Both the position numbers and the translations under genes were made by a program. Positions 9,347 through 18,700 of a DNA stretch of 64,000 nucleotides are shown piece after piece (position 1 is the first letter of the stretch; each line of letters begins with the position of its first letter). The notes under the pieces are model-generated. The model saw only the letters and a list, made by a program, of their open reading frames with translations. It had not been told where the DNA came from and did not search any database. Source of the stretch: Oscillospiraceae bacterium (GTDB lineage: Bacteria > Bacillota > Clostridia > Oscillospirales > Oscillospiraceae); contig JAFWVV010000038.1 of assembly GCA_017518225.1 (NCBI GenBank), positions 981-64,980 on the forward strand, read 5' to 3'.

Positions 9347-9492
9347 AAACGTCGAAAGAAGCTTGCTCCGCTCCGTTTCCCGGTTTTGAAAAGAGGCGGA
9401 AAACTTCGCATCCGCAATCTCCTTTCTCCTTTCCAAAGAAAACCCGCTGCGCTGGGCTTTTGTTTGGATGAAAAAAATCGACGGTTTGATAT

Positions 9493-9568
<76 letters not shown>

Positions 9569-9594
9569 CCCGCCGTTTTGCGGCGGGTTCCAAT

Positions 9595-9670
9595 GCGGGC
9601 ATAGCTCATCCGGTAGAGCGCCACCTTGCCAAGGTGGAGGTAGCGAGTTCGAGCCTCGTTGCCCGCTCCA
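9595..9670 (+). tRNA. tRNA-Gly (anticodon GCC)
   Basis: Acceptor GCGGGCA/TGCCCGC, anticodon stem CCACC/GGTGG with loop TTGCCAA, encoded CCA. Confidence 0.9.
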
Positions 9671-9734
9671 TGAAAGAAAGCAGTCGCGGGTCTGTGCATA
9701 CAACCCGCCTCTGTTTTATATAAATGAAATACAC

Positions 9735-9809
9735 GGCGCCATAGCCAAGTGGTAAGGCAGCGGACTGCAAATCCGCGATTCCCCAGTTCAAATCTGGGTG
9801 GCGCCTCCA
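9735..9809 (+). tRNA. tRNA-Cys (anticodon GCA)
   Basis: Acceptor GGCGCCA/TGGCGCC, anticodon loop CTGCAAA, encoded CCA. Confidence 0.9.
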
Positions 9810-9850
9810 AAGCGAAAAGCCTATCGTGCAAGCGACAGGCTTTTCGCTTT
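9810..9850 (+). terminator. terminator of the tRNA cluster
   Basis: AAGCGAAAAGCCT...AGGCTTTTCGCTT hairpin directly after tRNA-Cys. Confidence 0.6.
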
Positions 9851-9894
9851 GGATTATTCATTCTTAAGTTTTCAGCCTTCAAGATTATACGAAA

Positions 9895-9937
9895 CATACC
9901 CCCGGACGGTTCAAGCCTGAACCGTCCGGGGGTATGT
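9895..9937 (-). terminator. bidirectional hairpin terminator
   Basis: CATACCCCCGGACGGTTCA-AGCC-TGAACCGTCCGGGGGTATG lies 18 nt beyond the stop of the 9956-11107 gene. A T-run follows on the plus strand as well. Confidence 0.7.
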
Positions 9938-9955
9938 CTTGTTATTTTTGCCAGC

Positions 9956-11107
9956 TTACCCGAGAATGTCCGCGCAATTCGTCACCTCTGTAGGATTTTC
10001 CACCGCCATCATGACGATCTCCTGCGCCGCCAGCACCAGTTCCTCTGTCACGCCCACAGAGTCTCCGTGGGTCATGCGAATCTCGGAGGATTCGCTCCAA
10101 CAGGCGCCAATACGAACACATTCCTCATCAGCGGGTCGAAAACTGGAGCCGCGCACGCTCAGATGTCCGTTGCCGGTCCATTCCAGAATCTTCTGAACCG
10201 TGGTATAAGATGCGATCAAGTCGGGCAATCCCGCCGCCAAGTGTACACGATCCCTGTGAAGCAGTTCGCCTCCCCCACCCAGATTGTTTATGGTGGCGTT
10301 GGTTCTGGCGGACTGGATCGCCACACCAATCGGGATAAAATCGAAAAAGTCCGTTTCCGCAATAACCGTATTGGTAGCATCCGTGATTTTGTGCGTCATT
10401 TCCGCGCAGCCGAAGGATGACTCCGGCCTCCCCACCCACTGAACCCAAACGGGCAAAATGGGTTTTGAGGCACTGGTCTGCAGCTTGTCCAGCAGCCTTT
10501 GCGCCGGTCTGAGAATCTTGTTTTGAATGCGATCATTGCTCAGAACGTCGCTGGATGTGGCTTGGGTCATAACGATATCCCAGTTGTCCATCTCCAGTAT
10601 TTCATCTATGGTTGTGATATCGCGCGACCAGCTCTTATCTCCCGGCCCCCAATAGTTCAGCGTATAGTAGTAGACGTTCTCCCAATATGACAGATGCTTA
10701 TCCAAATCCGCGCTGCTAGTATATAAAACCGCATAAGTAATCTCGTAATCCGGCAAAATCTCGTTCAAAATCGGCGGCACATAGGCCATGGTATCCTGAT
10801 TAAATGAATTGCCGATCACCAGAATTCGGAGCTGATGGGTCAAGGGCACCTCCCGCAGCTGTTCCGGCAGGTCATCCCAGAGATCCTCGGGAACCGCCGG
10901 CCCGGGAGTTTCCTCGAGGGAAAAAAACTCTTTCAGGGCGAAATTTATATTACGAAGACGCCTGTCAGGCTTCGGGACGTTTTTTTGTTTCAGCTGAGTC
11001 ATGGGCTTTGATTCGCCGTTATCGGCACTGTCTGCCACGGAAAGCATATACAGTCCCATTGCCGTACAGAGCAGCAGCATAAACAGCGTTCTCCCAATTT
11101 TTTTCAT
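9956..11107 (-). CDS. secreted SGNH/GDSL-fold-like protein (DUF4886-like)
   Basis: Signal peptide MKKIGRTLFMLLLCTAMGLYMLSVA. The LRILVIGNSFNQDT block resembles the DUF4886/SGNH nucleophile region. Confidence 0.5.
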   Translation of the reverse strand: MKKIGRTLFMLLLCTAMGLYMLSVADSADNGESKPMTQLKQKNVPKPDRRLRNINFALKEFFSLEETPGPAVPEDLWDDLPEQLREVPLTHQLRILVIGNSFNQDTMAYVPPILNEILPDYEITYAVLYTSSADLDKHLSYWENVYYYTLNYWGPGDKSWSRDITTIDEILEMDNWDIVMTQATSSDVLSNDRIQNKILRPAQRLLDKLQTSASKPILPVWVQWVGRPESSFGCAEMTHKITDATNTVIAETDFFDFIPIGVAIQSARTNATINNLGGGGELLHRDRVHLAAGLPDLIASYTTVQKILEWTGNGHLSVRGSSFRPADEECVRIGACWSESSEIRMTHGDSVGVTEELVLAAQEIVMMAVENPTEVTNCADILG

Positions 11108-11288
11108 GCGCGTAGGTCTCCCATTGCTCGTTTTTAATCGTGCCTATTATAGACGCTGCTCCATATTTTGTCAAGAAAAGGCATCTGAGAAAAATGAGAA
11201 AAAATGGAAGATCCCTGGTGTTATCATCAAGCCATGGCCTGTTTTATTCTATAAACAGGAGCGAGAGCATAACGCGCTGACCATAAGC

Positions 11289-11344
11289 AAAAAGGGGCTG
11301 TGAAGTCTCGGTGAACCTTTCGGTTCCCTTTTCTTCACAGCCCC
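11289..11344 (-). terminator. terminator of nifJ
   Basis: On the minus strand, GGGGCTGTGAAG...CTTCACAGCCCC is followed by TTTTTGCTT; 24 nt after the stop. Confidence 0.7.
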
Positions 11345-11367
11345 TAACGACTATTGCTTGATTTGCT

Positions 11368-14300
11368 TTACTTGCCGGCCATCGCCTTGTACTGGGCATA
11401 GCGGCGCATGGTGAATTCCTCCGCCTCCTGGAAGAGCTGCTCGGCGCGCTCCGGGAAGGTGCGCGTCAGCGAGGAGAAGCGAACCTCGCCCATCATGAAC
11501 TCGCGCAGCTTGCCGTTGGGCTCCTTGCTGTCGAGCACGAAGGGGTTCTTGCCCTCGTCGAGGTTTTCAGGGATGTAGCGGAAGAGCGGCCAGTACCCGC
11601 AGTCCACCGCGAGCTTTTCCTCCTCCATCGCCTTGCCCATACCGTTGACAAGACCGTGGTTGATGCAAGGCGCGTAAGCGATAATCAGAGACGGCCCCTG
11701 ATGCTTTTCGGCCTCCTTCAGCGCGGTGATAAGCTGGGCGGGATTCGCGCCCATGGCGACCTTGGCGACGTAGACGTTGTCATAGACCATCGCGATGCGG
11801 CCCAGATCCTTCTTCGCCGTCGCCTTGCCGGCGTTGGCAAACTGCGCCACGGCGCCGATCGAGGTGGCCTTGGATGCCTGTCCGCCGGTGTTGGAGTAAA
11901 CCTCGGTATCCACGACGAGGATATTCACGTCAATGCCGGAGGCGAGAACGTGATCCAGTCCGCCGTAGCCGATGTCGTAAGCCCAGCCGTCGCCGCCGTA
12001 CATCCACATCGTCTTTTTGACGAGGGTGTCGGTACGCTCGGCCAGCCACTGCACGTCGGCGCTCTTGTCTCCCGTTGCGGCCAGCGCTTCCTTCAGCGCC
12101 TCGGAGACCGCGCGGGTCTCGTCCGGGCAGTCGCCCTTTTCGAGCCAGGCGCTCAGCGCCTCCTTCAGCGCGGCGTCCTGCGTCGCGGCGAGCGCCGCTT
12201 CCGCGTGAGTCACCGCCTGACGGCGCATCTGCTCGACGGACAGGCACATACCCAGGGCATACTCTGCATTGTTCTCAAACAGAGAGTTCGAGGGCGCGGG
12301 GCCGTAGCCCTTCTCGGTCTTGGCATAGGGGAAGGTCGGCGTGGAGGAGCCGACGACGTAGGTGCAGCCCGTCGCGTCGGCCACGTACATACGTTCGCCG
12401 AAGAGCTGGGTCATCAGCTTCATATAGGGCGCCTCGCCGCAGCCCGCGCAGGAGCCGTTGAACTCATACAGCGGGCGTTCGTACTGGCTGCCCTTGACGC
12501 TGAACTTGTCCATCGGGTTCTTCTTCACCGGCAGGGTGACAAGGTGATCCCAGTTGGACTGCTCATGCATCTGGCTCTCCAGCGGCTGCATAACGAGCGC
12601 CTTGTTTTTGGACGGACAGACGTTGGCGCAGCTGGAGCAGCCCTGGCAGTCGAGCGGGTCAACCTGAATGCGGTAGCTGTAGCCCTCAAAGCCCTTGCCG
12701 ACAGCCGGCTTCGTGACCATACCCGCGGGCGCGCTCGCCTTCTCGTCTTCAGTCAGGAGGAAGGGGCGAATCGCCGCGTGCGGACAGACAAGCGAGCACA
12801 TATTGCAGCCGATGCAGTTTTCCGGCAGCCACTGCGGCACGTTCGTCGCGATGCCGCGGCGCTCGTACTTGGAGGTCTCCACCGGGCTCACGCCGTCGGC
12901 GTAGGGCATGAATTTGCTGACCGGGATGCGGTCGCCCATCTGGTTGTTGACCGGGATCTGGATATCGCGGATGTAAGCGGGCAGGCTCGGATCAATGACT
13001 TCGTCCTGATCCTTGAGCTGCGCCCAAGCGGCGGGCACATCAATTTTGCGGATCTCGTTGAGACCGGCGTCGACGGCGGCGCAGTTCATGTTGACGATCT
13101 TATCACCCTTCTTCGAATAGGTCTTGATGATCGCGTCCTTCATGTATTTGGTGGCGTCCTCGATCGGCAGGATGCCGGCGAGCTTGAAGAAGGCCGCCTG
13201 CAGCACGGTGTTCGTGCGGTTGCCGAGACCGATCTGCTGGGCAATATCGGTGGCGTCGATGGTGTAGAACTGGATGCCGCGCTCGGCCAGGATGCGCTTG
13301 GCGCGGTTCGGCAGATGCTCCTCCAGCCCCGCCATATCCCAGTCGGTATTGAGCAGGAAGATGCCGCCGGGCTTGATCTCGGAAACGATGTCAAAGCTCT
13401 TCATATAGCTCTGCTTGTGGCAGGCCACGAAGTCCGCCATCGTGACGTAATAGGTCGAACGGATGGGCTCATGACCAAAACGCAGGTGGCTCTTGGTCAC
13501 ACCGCCGGACTTCTTCGAGTCATACTCAAAGTAGGCCTGCGCATACTGATCGGTATTGTCGCCGATGATCTTGATGGAGTTTTTGTTGGCGCCTACCGTG
13601 CCGTCCGAGCCGAGACCCCAGAACTTGCAGGAGACGATCGACTTGCCGGAGGTGACGATATTCTCGCCCACGGGCAGGGACAGATGGGTTACATCGTCGT
13701 TGATGCCGACGGTGAAATGATTTCTCTTTTCGCCCGTCATATTATCAAACACGGCCTTAACGTGCGCAGGAATGGTATCCTTGGAGCTGAGGCCGTAGCG
13801 TCCGCCGAGGATCTCCACGGCGGCAAAGCCGCTCTCGCGCAGGGCGGTGCAGACGTCCTCATACAGCGGCTCGCCCGCAGCGCCGGGCTCCTTGGTGCGG
13901 TCGAGCACGGTGATGCGCTTGACCGTCTCGGGCAGCGCCGCGACCAGATGCCTGGCAGAGAAGGGACGGTAGAGGTGCACCTGCACCATACCGACCTTTT
14001 CGCCGCGCGCGTTGAGGTAGTCGACGACCTCCATCGCGGTCTCACAGACGGAGCCCATTGCGATGATGACGCGCTCGGCGTCCGGCGCGCCGTAGTAGTT
14101 AAAGAGCTTATAATTGCGCCCGGTGAGCGCGTTGATTTTGTCCATCTGCTCCTGCACGATCTCCGGCAGCGCATCGTAGGCCGTGTTGCAGGCCTCACGG
14201 GACTGGAAGAAGGTGTCGGGATTCTGCAGCGTTGAGCGGATGGTCGGATGCTCGGAGTTGAGCGCATGATCCTTGAAGCGGCGTACGCTGTCCCAGTCGA

Positions 14301-14880
14301 GGATTTTTGCCAGATCAGCATAATCGAGCACGTCGATTTTCTGCAGCTCGTGACTGGTGCGGAAGCCGTCAAAGAAATGCATAAAGGGAATAGAGCCCTT
14401 GATGGCGCTCAAATGCGCCACGACGCCAAGATCCATGCACTCCTGCACGCTGGCCGAGGCGATCTGAGCAAAACCGGTCTGGCGGCAGGCCATCGCGTCG
14501 GAATGGTCGCCGAAGATGGAGATGGAGTGGGTACCGACCGTGCGCGCCGCGACATGAATGACGCCGGGCAGCATGGAGCCCGCGATGCGGTACATCGGCG
14601 GGATCATCAGCATCAGACCCTGGGAAGCGGTGTAGGTGGCGCCGAGAGATCCGGTCTCCAGCACACCGTGCATCGCGCCGCAGGCGCCGGCCTCGCTCTG
14701 CAGCTCGACGAGCTGCACGGGCTGTCCGAAGAGGTTCTTCTTGCCGTGCGCGGCCCAGTTGTCCACGTGGTCTGCCATCGGGCTCGAGGGGGTGATGGGA
14801 TAGATTGCGGCAACTTCGGTGAAGGCATAGCTTGCGTATGCGGCAGCCTCGTTGCCGTCCATGGTCTTTTTGATCAGCAT
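11368..14880 (-). CDS. nifJ: pyruvate:ferredoxin (flavodoxin) oxidoreductase
   Basis: About 1170 aa single-chain PFOR with ferredoxin-type CIGCNMCSLVCP and CQGCSSCANVCP clusters and a TPP domain (GGDGWAYDIGYGG). The track start 14886 abuts the SD AGGAGG. The ATG at 14880 has a 6-nt spacer. Confidence 0.95.
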   Translation of the reverse strand: MLIKKTMDGNEAAAYASYAFTEVAAIYPITPSSPMADHVDNWAAHGKKNLFGQPVQLVELQSEAGACGAMHGVLETGSLGATYTASQGLMLMIPPMYRIAGSMLPGVIHVAARTVGTHSISIFGDHSDAMACRQTGFAQIASASVQECMDLGVVAHLSAIKGSIPFMHFFDGFRTSHELQKIDVLDYADLAKILDWDSVRRFKDHALNSEHPTIRSTLQNPDTFFQSREACNTAYDALPEIVQEQMDKINALTGRNYKLFNYYGAPDAERVIIAMGSVCETAMEVVDYLNARGEKVGMVQVHLYRPFSARHLVAALPETVKRITVLDRTKEPGAAGEPLYEDVCTALRESGFAAVEILGGRYGLSSKDTIPAHVKAVFDNMTGEKRNHFTVGINDDVTHLSLPVGENIVTSGKSIVSCKFWGLGSDGTVGANKNSIKIIGDNTDQYAQAYFEYDSKKSGGVTKSHLRFGHEPIRSTYYVTMADFVACHKQSYMKSFDIVSEIKPGGIFLLNTDWDMAGLEEHLPNRAKRILAERGIQFYTIDATDIAQQIGLGNRTNTVLQAAFFKLAGILPIEDATKYMKDAIIKTYSKKGDKIVNMNCAAVDAGLNEIRKIDVPAAWAQLKDQDEVIDPSLPAYIRDIQIPVNNQMGDRIPVSKFMPYADGVSPVETSKYERRGIATNVPQWLPENCIGCNMCSLVCPHAAIRPFLLTEDEKASAPAGMVTKPAVGKGFEGYSYRIQVDPLDCQGCSSCANVCPSKNKALVMQPLESQMHEQSNWDHLVTLPVKKNPMDKFSVKGSQYERPLYEFNGSCAGCGEAPYMKLMTQLFGERMYVADATGCTYVVGSSTPTFPYAKTEKGYGPAPSNSLFENNAEYALGMCLSVEQMRRQAVTHAEAALAATQDAALKEALSAWLEKGDCPDETRAVSEALKEALAATGDKSADVQWLAERTDTLVKKTMWMYGGDGWAYDIGYGGLDHVLASGIDVNILVVDTEVYSNTGGQASKATSIGAVAQFANAGKATAKKDLGRIAMVYDNVYVAKVAMGANPAQLITALKEAEKHQGPSLIIAYAPCINHGLVNGMGKAMEEEKLAVDCGYWPLFRYIPENLDEGKNPFVLDSKEPNGKLREFMMGEVRFSSLTRTFPERAEQLFQEAEEFTMRRYAQYKAMAGK

Positions 14881-15224
14881 GGTCATCCTCCTGTGTATTA
14901 TTTTGTCGCTTTTTCATTATACCTTGTTCCTCCCCTCTTTTCAATCCCATCCTGACGCTTTCGTTTCTTTTCGTTGTAAAAAAAACATTTTTCCTTATCA
15001 TGTTTTTCCGTCCCGAAAAAAATAAAATCTTATTTTTTGTTATATCACACGACAAATCAAAAAATTCGTGTTATACTGTGCCCGTGTGTTCGCAAGGACG
15101 GAAACATGCAGCTTCTTGCGGCGCTGCACTCTGCCGGGCGCCGATGCATGGACATAGGCAAATTGCGAAAAATAATACCGGTCTTTCCCGACCGCTGATT
15201 GTTTGAAAGAAACGGAACAGGTTT

Positions 15225-16670
15225 ATGCGAAAGAGAAGGAAAAGAAGAAACGGCCCCGGGCCGATATTGCTTTTGTTCATGGCGCTGTCGCTGGGCTTTG
15301 CCCTGCTGTTTGCGCTCAACGGGCAGGAGACAAAGATCGCCATGCTTGGCCCCGAGGATATGGATGTTGAATTCGGCAGCGAATTCAAGGATCCCTGCGT
15401 GGAGATTCGCCGCGTCGGCAAGCTCGTGCATCTGACGGACAAAACCGAGCTCGTTCCTGCAACCGCACGCTTGAGCACCGATACGCTTGGGCGTTTCAAG
15501 CTGGAATACGTCGTATCCGATCAGGGCGAGGAACAGCGCTTTTACCGCTATGTCAACGTGGTTGATACCACAGCGCCCGAACTCGTACTGATCGAGCCGG
15601 TCAATGCGAGCGGCAGCTGGATGGCCGGCTTCAGCGAGCCGGAAGTTCGTGCCACCGATCTGGTAGACGGTGATCTCAGCGATCGGGTTAAAACCAGCTA
15701 TCAAGAGGGAAAAATCGTCTATTCCGTCAGCGACTCTCACGGAAACGAGGCCTCGTTGGAGCGAAAAATATCCCGGGACGGCAGCGAACCGGAGATTCTG
15801 CTCAACGGCGGCAGCGATTACCGGTTTCCCGCCGCGATGGACTGGGTGGAGCCCGGCTGGTACGTTACCGACATTGACGGCACCGATCTGAGCGACCGGG
15901 TGAGCGTGAGCGGCAGCGTCATCCCCTATAAGCTCGGCACCTACACCCTGACCTATACGCTGACTAACGACCAGGGCGGAACCCTGCGCGCCGAGCGCAA
16001 GGTGCAAGTCGTCGCCGCCGAGCGCAAGGAGGCTGTGATTCCCGAGCAAAAAACCATCTATCTCACCTTCGACGACGGCCCCGGCCCTTATACCAACGAG
16101 CTCCTGGACGTCCTGGCAGAATACGGCGTTAAGGCTACCTTCTTTATCACCGGCGCCTATCCCGAATATTTTGACTGCATTCGCCGCGCCGCCGAGGAGG
16201 GGCATACCGTCGCTGTCCATACCTACACCCACAATTACCGGCAGATTTACGGCAGTGTGCAAGCCTATTTTGAGGACTTCAAGGCCTGTGAGGAACTGAT
16301 TTACGAATACACGGGCAGCTACACAAAGCTCTTCCGTTTCCCCGGCGGCAGCTCCAACACCGTCAGCAGCTTCAACCCCGGCATCATGGGCGCGCTTGCC
16401 ACCTATATGCGCGATATGGGCTATTACTACTTTGACTGGAACGTATCCAGCGGCGACGCCAAGCTTGTTCAAATCCCGAGCTACGAGGTCTATCGCAACG
16501 TCATCAACGGCTGCGCACAGTACGATACCAACGTCGTGCTGCAACATGACGTCAAGGATTTCAGCGTCCGCGCCGTACGCGACATCATCGAATGGGGTCA
16601 GGCCAACGGCTATCAGTTTTTGCCCCTGCAGGAGGACTCCTACGGCGCACGGCACAGTATTTTCAACTGA
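15225..16670 (+). CDS. polysaccharide deacetylase (NodB domain) with N-terminal TM and Ig-like repeats
   Basis: NodB motifs IYLTFDDGPGPYT and TVAVHTYTHN. Preceded by two repeats of the TDLVDGDLSDRV / TDIDGTDLSDRV type. Confidence 0.85.
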   Translation: MRKRRKRRNGPGPILLLFMALSLGFALLFALNGQETKIAMLGPEDMDVEFGSEFKDPCVEIRRVGKLVHLTDKTELVPATARLSTDTLGRFKLEYVVSDQGEEQRFYRYVNVVDTTAPELVLIEPVNASGSWMAGFSEPEVRATDLVDGDLSDRVKTSYQEGKIVYSVSDSHGNEASLERKISRDGSEPEILLNGGSDYRFPAAMDWVEPGWYVTDIDGTDLSDRVSVSGSVIPYKLGTYTLTYTLTNDQGGTLRAERKVQVVAAERKEAVIPEQKTIYLTFDDGPGPYTNELLDVLAEYGVKATFFITGAYPEYFDCIRRAAEEGHTVAVHTYTHNYRQIYGSVQAYFEDFKACEELIYEYTGSYTKLFRFPGGSSNTVSSFNPGIMGALATYMRDMGYYYFDWNVSSGDAKLVQIPSYEVYRNVINGCAQYDTNVVLQHDVKDFSVRAVRDIIEWGQANGYQFLPLQEDSYGARHSIFN

Positions 16671-16738
16671 CAAACAATAATCCGCCGCCTCAGGCCTTGA
16701 ACTGCCTTGAGACGGCGGATTGTTTTCCGGCATAAAGT

Positions 16739-17125
16739 TTACATAATGCCTGCATGCAGATGGCTCGGCTTTTCTCCGGTGTGAGGATCGACGTATTCCT
16801 CGACCTGGATCGAGGGATTGCCGGCGCAAAGCCGCTCGACCATACGATTGGCATTTTTCTCCCGCTCGACCATCAAAAGCAGCGGTTTTTCCGCGCCGTA
16901 TTCGATCTTGATCTTGAACACCGGCACACCGCGCCCGCAGCAGGATTGCGGACGATAGACCGAGGGATGGATACACAGGCTCCGGATCTGTGAAAGGGGC
17001 AAATACTTGCCCTCAAAATACACCGCTTGTTTGGACACGGTATATTTCTCCACACTCTCCGCGCCGCGGCGGTCGCCGCGCACATCCTCCAGTTCCAGCC
17101 CTTCTATAATGGATTTCCAGGCCAT
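16739..17125 (-). CDS. hypothetical protein (128 aa)
   Basis: AAAGGAGAG SD before ATG 17125. Coding-like composition. No family recognised by eye. Confidence 0.55.
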   Translation of the reverse strand: MAWKSIIEGLELEDVRGDRRGAESVEKYTVSKQAVYFEGKYLPLSQIRSLCIHPSVYRPQSCCGRGVPVFKIKIEYGAEKPLLLMVEREKNANRMVERLCAGNPSIQVEEYVDPHTGEKPSHLHAGIM

Positions 17126-17209
17126 AGGCTCTCTCCTTTCGGTTTTTGTTTTATTGTATCATAGCTTTTCTCTCTCTTTCAAGCCCTTTTTCCGGGTGTT
17201 TTGCAGTTC

Positions 17210-17238
17210 TTGACAAACCGAAGAAAACGGTCTATCAT
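17210..17238 (+). promoter_or_regulatory. sigma-A-like promoter of the ECF-S/coaX pair
   Basis: TTGACA (17210-17215), 17-nt spacer, TATCAT (17233-17238). Confidence 0.6.
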
Positions 17239-17290
17239 ATCTCTGCGCCGCACCGGGCCGGACCCGGGCGACAGCAGAAAGGAATTGCAT

Positions 17291-17866
17291 ATGGAAAAAC
17301 ACATGAACACCCGGACCATGACCGCCCTCGCGCTGTTCACGGCAATTGTTGTCGTGCTGCAGTTTATCAGTTCCGCCGTGCGTTTTGGGCCCTTTTCGAT
17401 CACGCTTACGCTGATCCCCATCGTGGTCGGCGCTGCGCTGTACGGCCCTTGGGCAGGCGCTTGGCTCGGTTTTGTCTTTGGAATGGTGGTTTTGATCTCC
17501 GGCGACGCCGGTCCCTTTATGGTTGTTAACCCGCTCGGCACGATTTTGACCGTACTTCTCAAGGGCTCTGCCGCCGGCTTTGTCTCCGGCTGGATTTATC
17601 GCATCCTGGCTGAAAAAAAACAGATGAGCGGCTCAATCCTTGCTGCCTTTTCCGCACCAATCGTCAATACCGGCCTGTTTTTGCTGGGATGCCTCCTTTT
17701 CTTTCTCCCCACGCTTAGGGAATGGGGCGCGGCCATGGGCTTTTCCAGCGTCGGTAAATATATGATTTTTGGTCTCGTGGGCGGCAATTTCCTTGTGGAA
17801 CTGTTGACCATTCTGGTTCTCAGCCCGGTGATGCTTCGCCTGATTAAGCTGGGCAAGAAAGGATAA
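17291..17866 (+). CDS. ECF-transporter substrate-binding (S) component, possibly pantothenate-specific
   Basis: 191 aa with about 6 TM helices. The N-terminus TALALFTAIVVVLQFIS is typical of S components. Start taken at Met31 of the track ORF (AAAGGA SD). Substrate is guessed only from adjacency to coaX. Confidence 0.7.
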   Translation: MEKHMNTRTMTALALFTAIVVVLQFISSAVRFGPFSITLTLIPIVVGAALYGPWAGAWLGFVFGMVVLISGDAGPFMVVNPLGTILTVLLKGSAAGFVSGWIYRILAEKKQMSGSILAAFSAPIVNTGLFLLGCLLFFLPTLREWGAAMGFSSVGKYMIFGLVGGNFLVELLTILVLSPVMLRLIKLGKKG

Positions 17867-17871
17867 GGCTT

Positions 17872-18636
17872 ATGATCCTTGCAGTAGACGTCGGCAACAC
17901 CAATATCGTTATTGGCTGCATCGAAAACGGAGAGATTCTTCACACGGTGCGCGTGCGCACGGAGGTGGGGCAGACCGCCGCGGAATACGACATCGAGCTG
18001 CACCAGCTCTTTACCGTTTTCCGCATTGACCGCAGCACGATCGAGGGCGCGATCATCTCCTCCGTCGTCCCGCAGGTCACAGAGCCGCTGCGCCAGTCTA
18101 TTGAGCTGTTGACCGGAAAAGACAGCATGATCGTCGGCCCGGGCATGAAAACGGGCATGAACGTGCGCATCGACGATCCCGGCACGCTTGGCTGCGACCT
18201 CGTCGTCGGCGGCGTGGCAGCCATCCATGAATACGGCGCGCCCGTCATCGTACTCGATCTCGGCACTGCAACGACTATCACGCTGATCGACGCGGACAAA
18301 TGCTTCCGCGGCGGCGCGATCATCCCCGGCATCAAACTGAGCTATGCCGCGCTGGCCGCAGGAACAAGCCTGCTGCCCGATATCTCCATCACCGCGCCGA
18401 AAAAATGCATCGCCACCAACACGGTCGATTGCATGCGCTCCGGCGCCGTGTACGGCACCGCCGCCACCATCGACGGTATGGTTCAGCGCATGGAGGCAGA
18501 GCTTGGACAGCGCTGCACGGTGGTCGCCACCGGCGGACTGGCCTCCAGCATCACCCCCTACTGCCAGCGCGAAATCATCTGTGATGATCTGCTGCTTCTC
18601 AAGGGGCTGTGGATCTTATATCAGAAAAATCAATAA
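17872..18636 (+). CDS. coaX: type III pantothenate kinase
   Basis: MILAVDVGNTNIVIG phosphate-1 motif, DLGTATT and GGLA motifs; 254 aa. Confidence 0.93.
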   Translation: MILAVDVGNTNIVIGCIENGEILHTVRVRTEVGQTAAEYDIELHQLFTVFRIDRSTIEGAIISSVVPQVTEPLRQSIELLTGKDSMIVGPGMKTGMNVRIDDPGTLGCDLVVGGVAAIHEYGAPVIVLDLGTATTITLIDADKCFRGGAIIPGIKLSYAALAAGTSLLPDISITAPKKCIATNTVDCMRSGAVYGTAATIDGMVQRMEAELGQRCTVVATGGLASSITPYCQREIICDDLLLLKGLWILYQKNQ

Positions 18637-18686
18637 GCAAAAGCAAAAGCTCCTCGCCCAAGAAAGCGAAGAGCTTTTGCTTTTGC
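18637..18686. terminator. bidirectional terminator between convergent coaX and the pyruvate-kinase-like gene
   Basis: 16-bp stem GCAAAAGCAAAAGCTC / GAGCTTTTGCTTTTGC followed by TTTTGCACTTTT. Confidence 0.75.
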
Positions 18687-18700
18687 TTTTGCACTTTTGT

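Noticed and set aside
11656-14235. 859-aa plus-strand ORF, together with several 60-230-aa ORFs on both strands, overlapping nifJ
   Set aside because: It is a shadow ORF antisense to an unmistakable PFOR gene. The product is an Arg/Gly/Ala/His-rich low-complexity string (…RRRLAGVGKLRHGADRGGLG…) with no SD. This is expected in high-GC DNA, where stop codons are rare on the antisense strand.
14881-14886. Track start codon ATG 14886 for nifJ, and similarly ATG 22083 for the GAF protein, ATG 43728 for the CPBP protease and GTG 5685 for the hexokinase
   Set aside because: For nifJ, the GAF protein and the hexokinase the first in-frame start overlaps or abuts the SD, while a start 6-9 nt further downstream has canonical spacing. 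For the CPBP protease the ATG at 43728 has no usable SD and overlaps the upstream HTH gene, and the preferred TTG at 43695 lies 33 nt downstream with a good SD. The shorter coordinates are used in the feature list.
15057-16976. 639-aa minus-strand ORF opposite the polysaccharide deacetylase gene. Similar cases: 19760-21481, 34435-35625, 40746-41855, 49209-50669, 5540-6813
   Set aside because: All are antisense shadows of genes with strong family motifs. None has a credible ribosome-binding site or recognisable domain.
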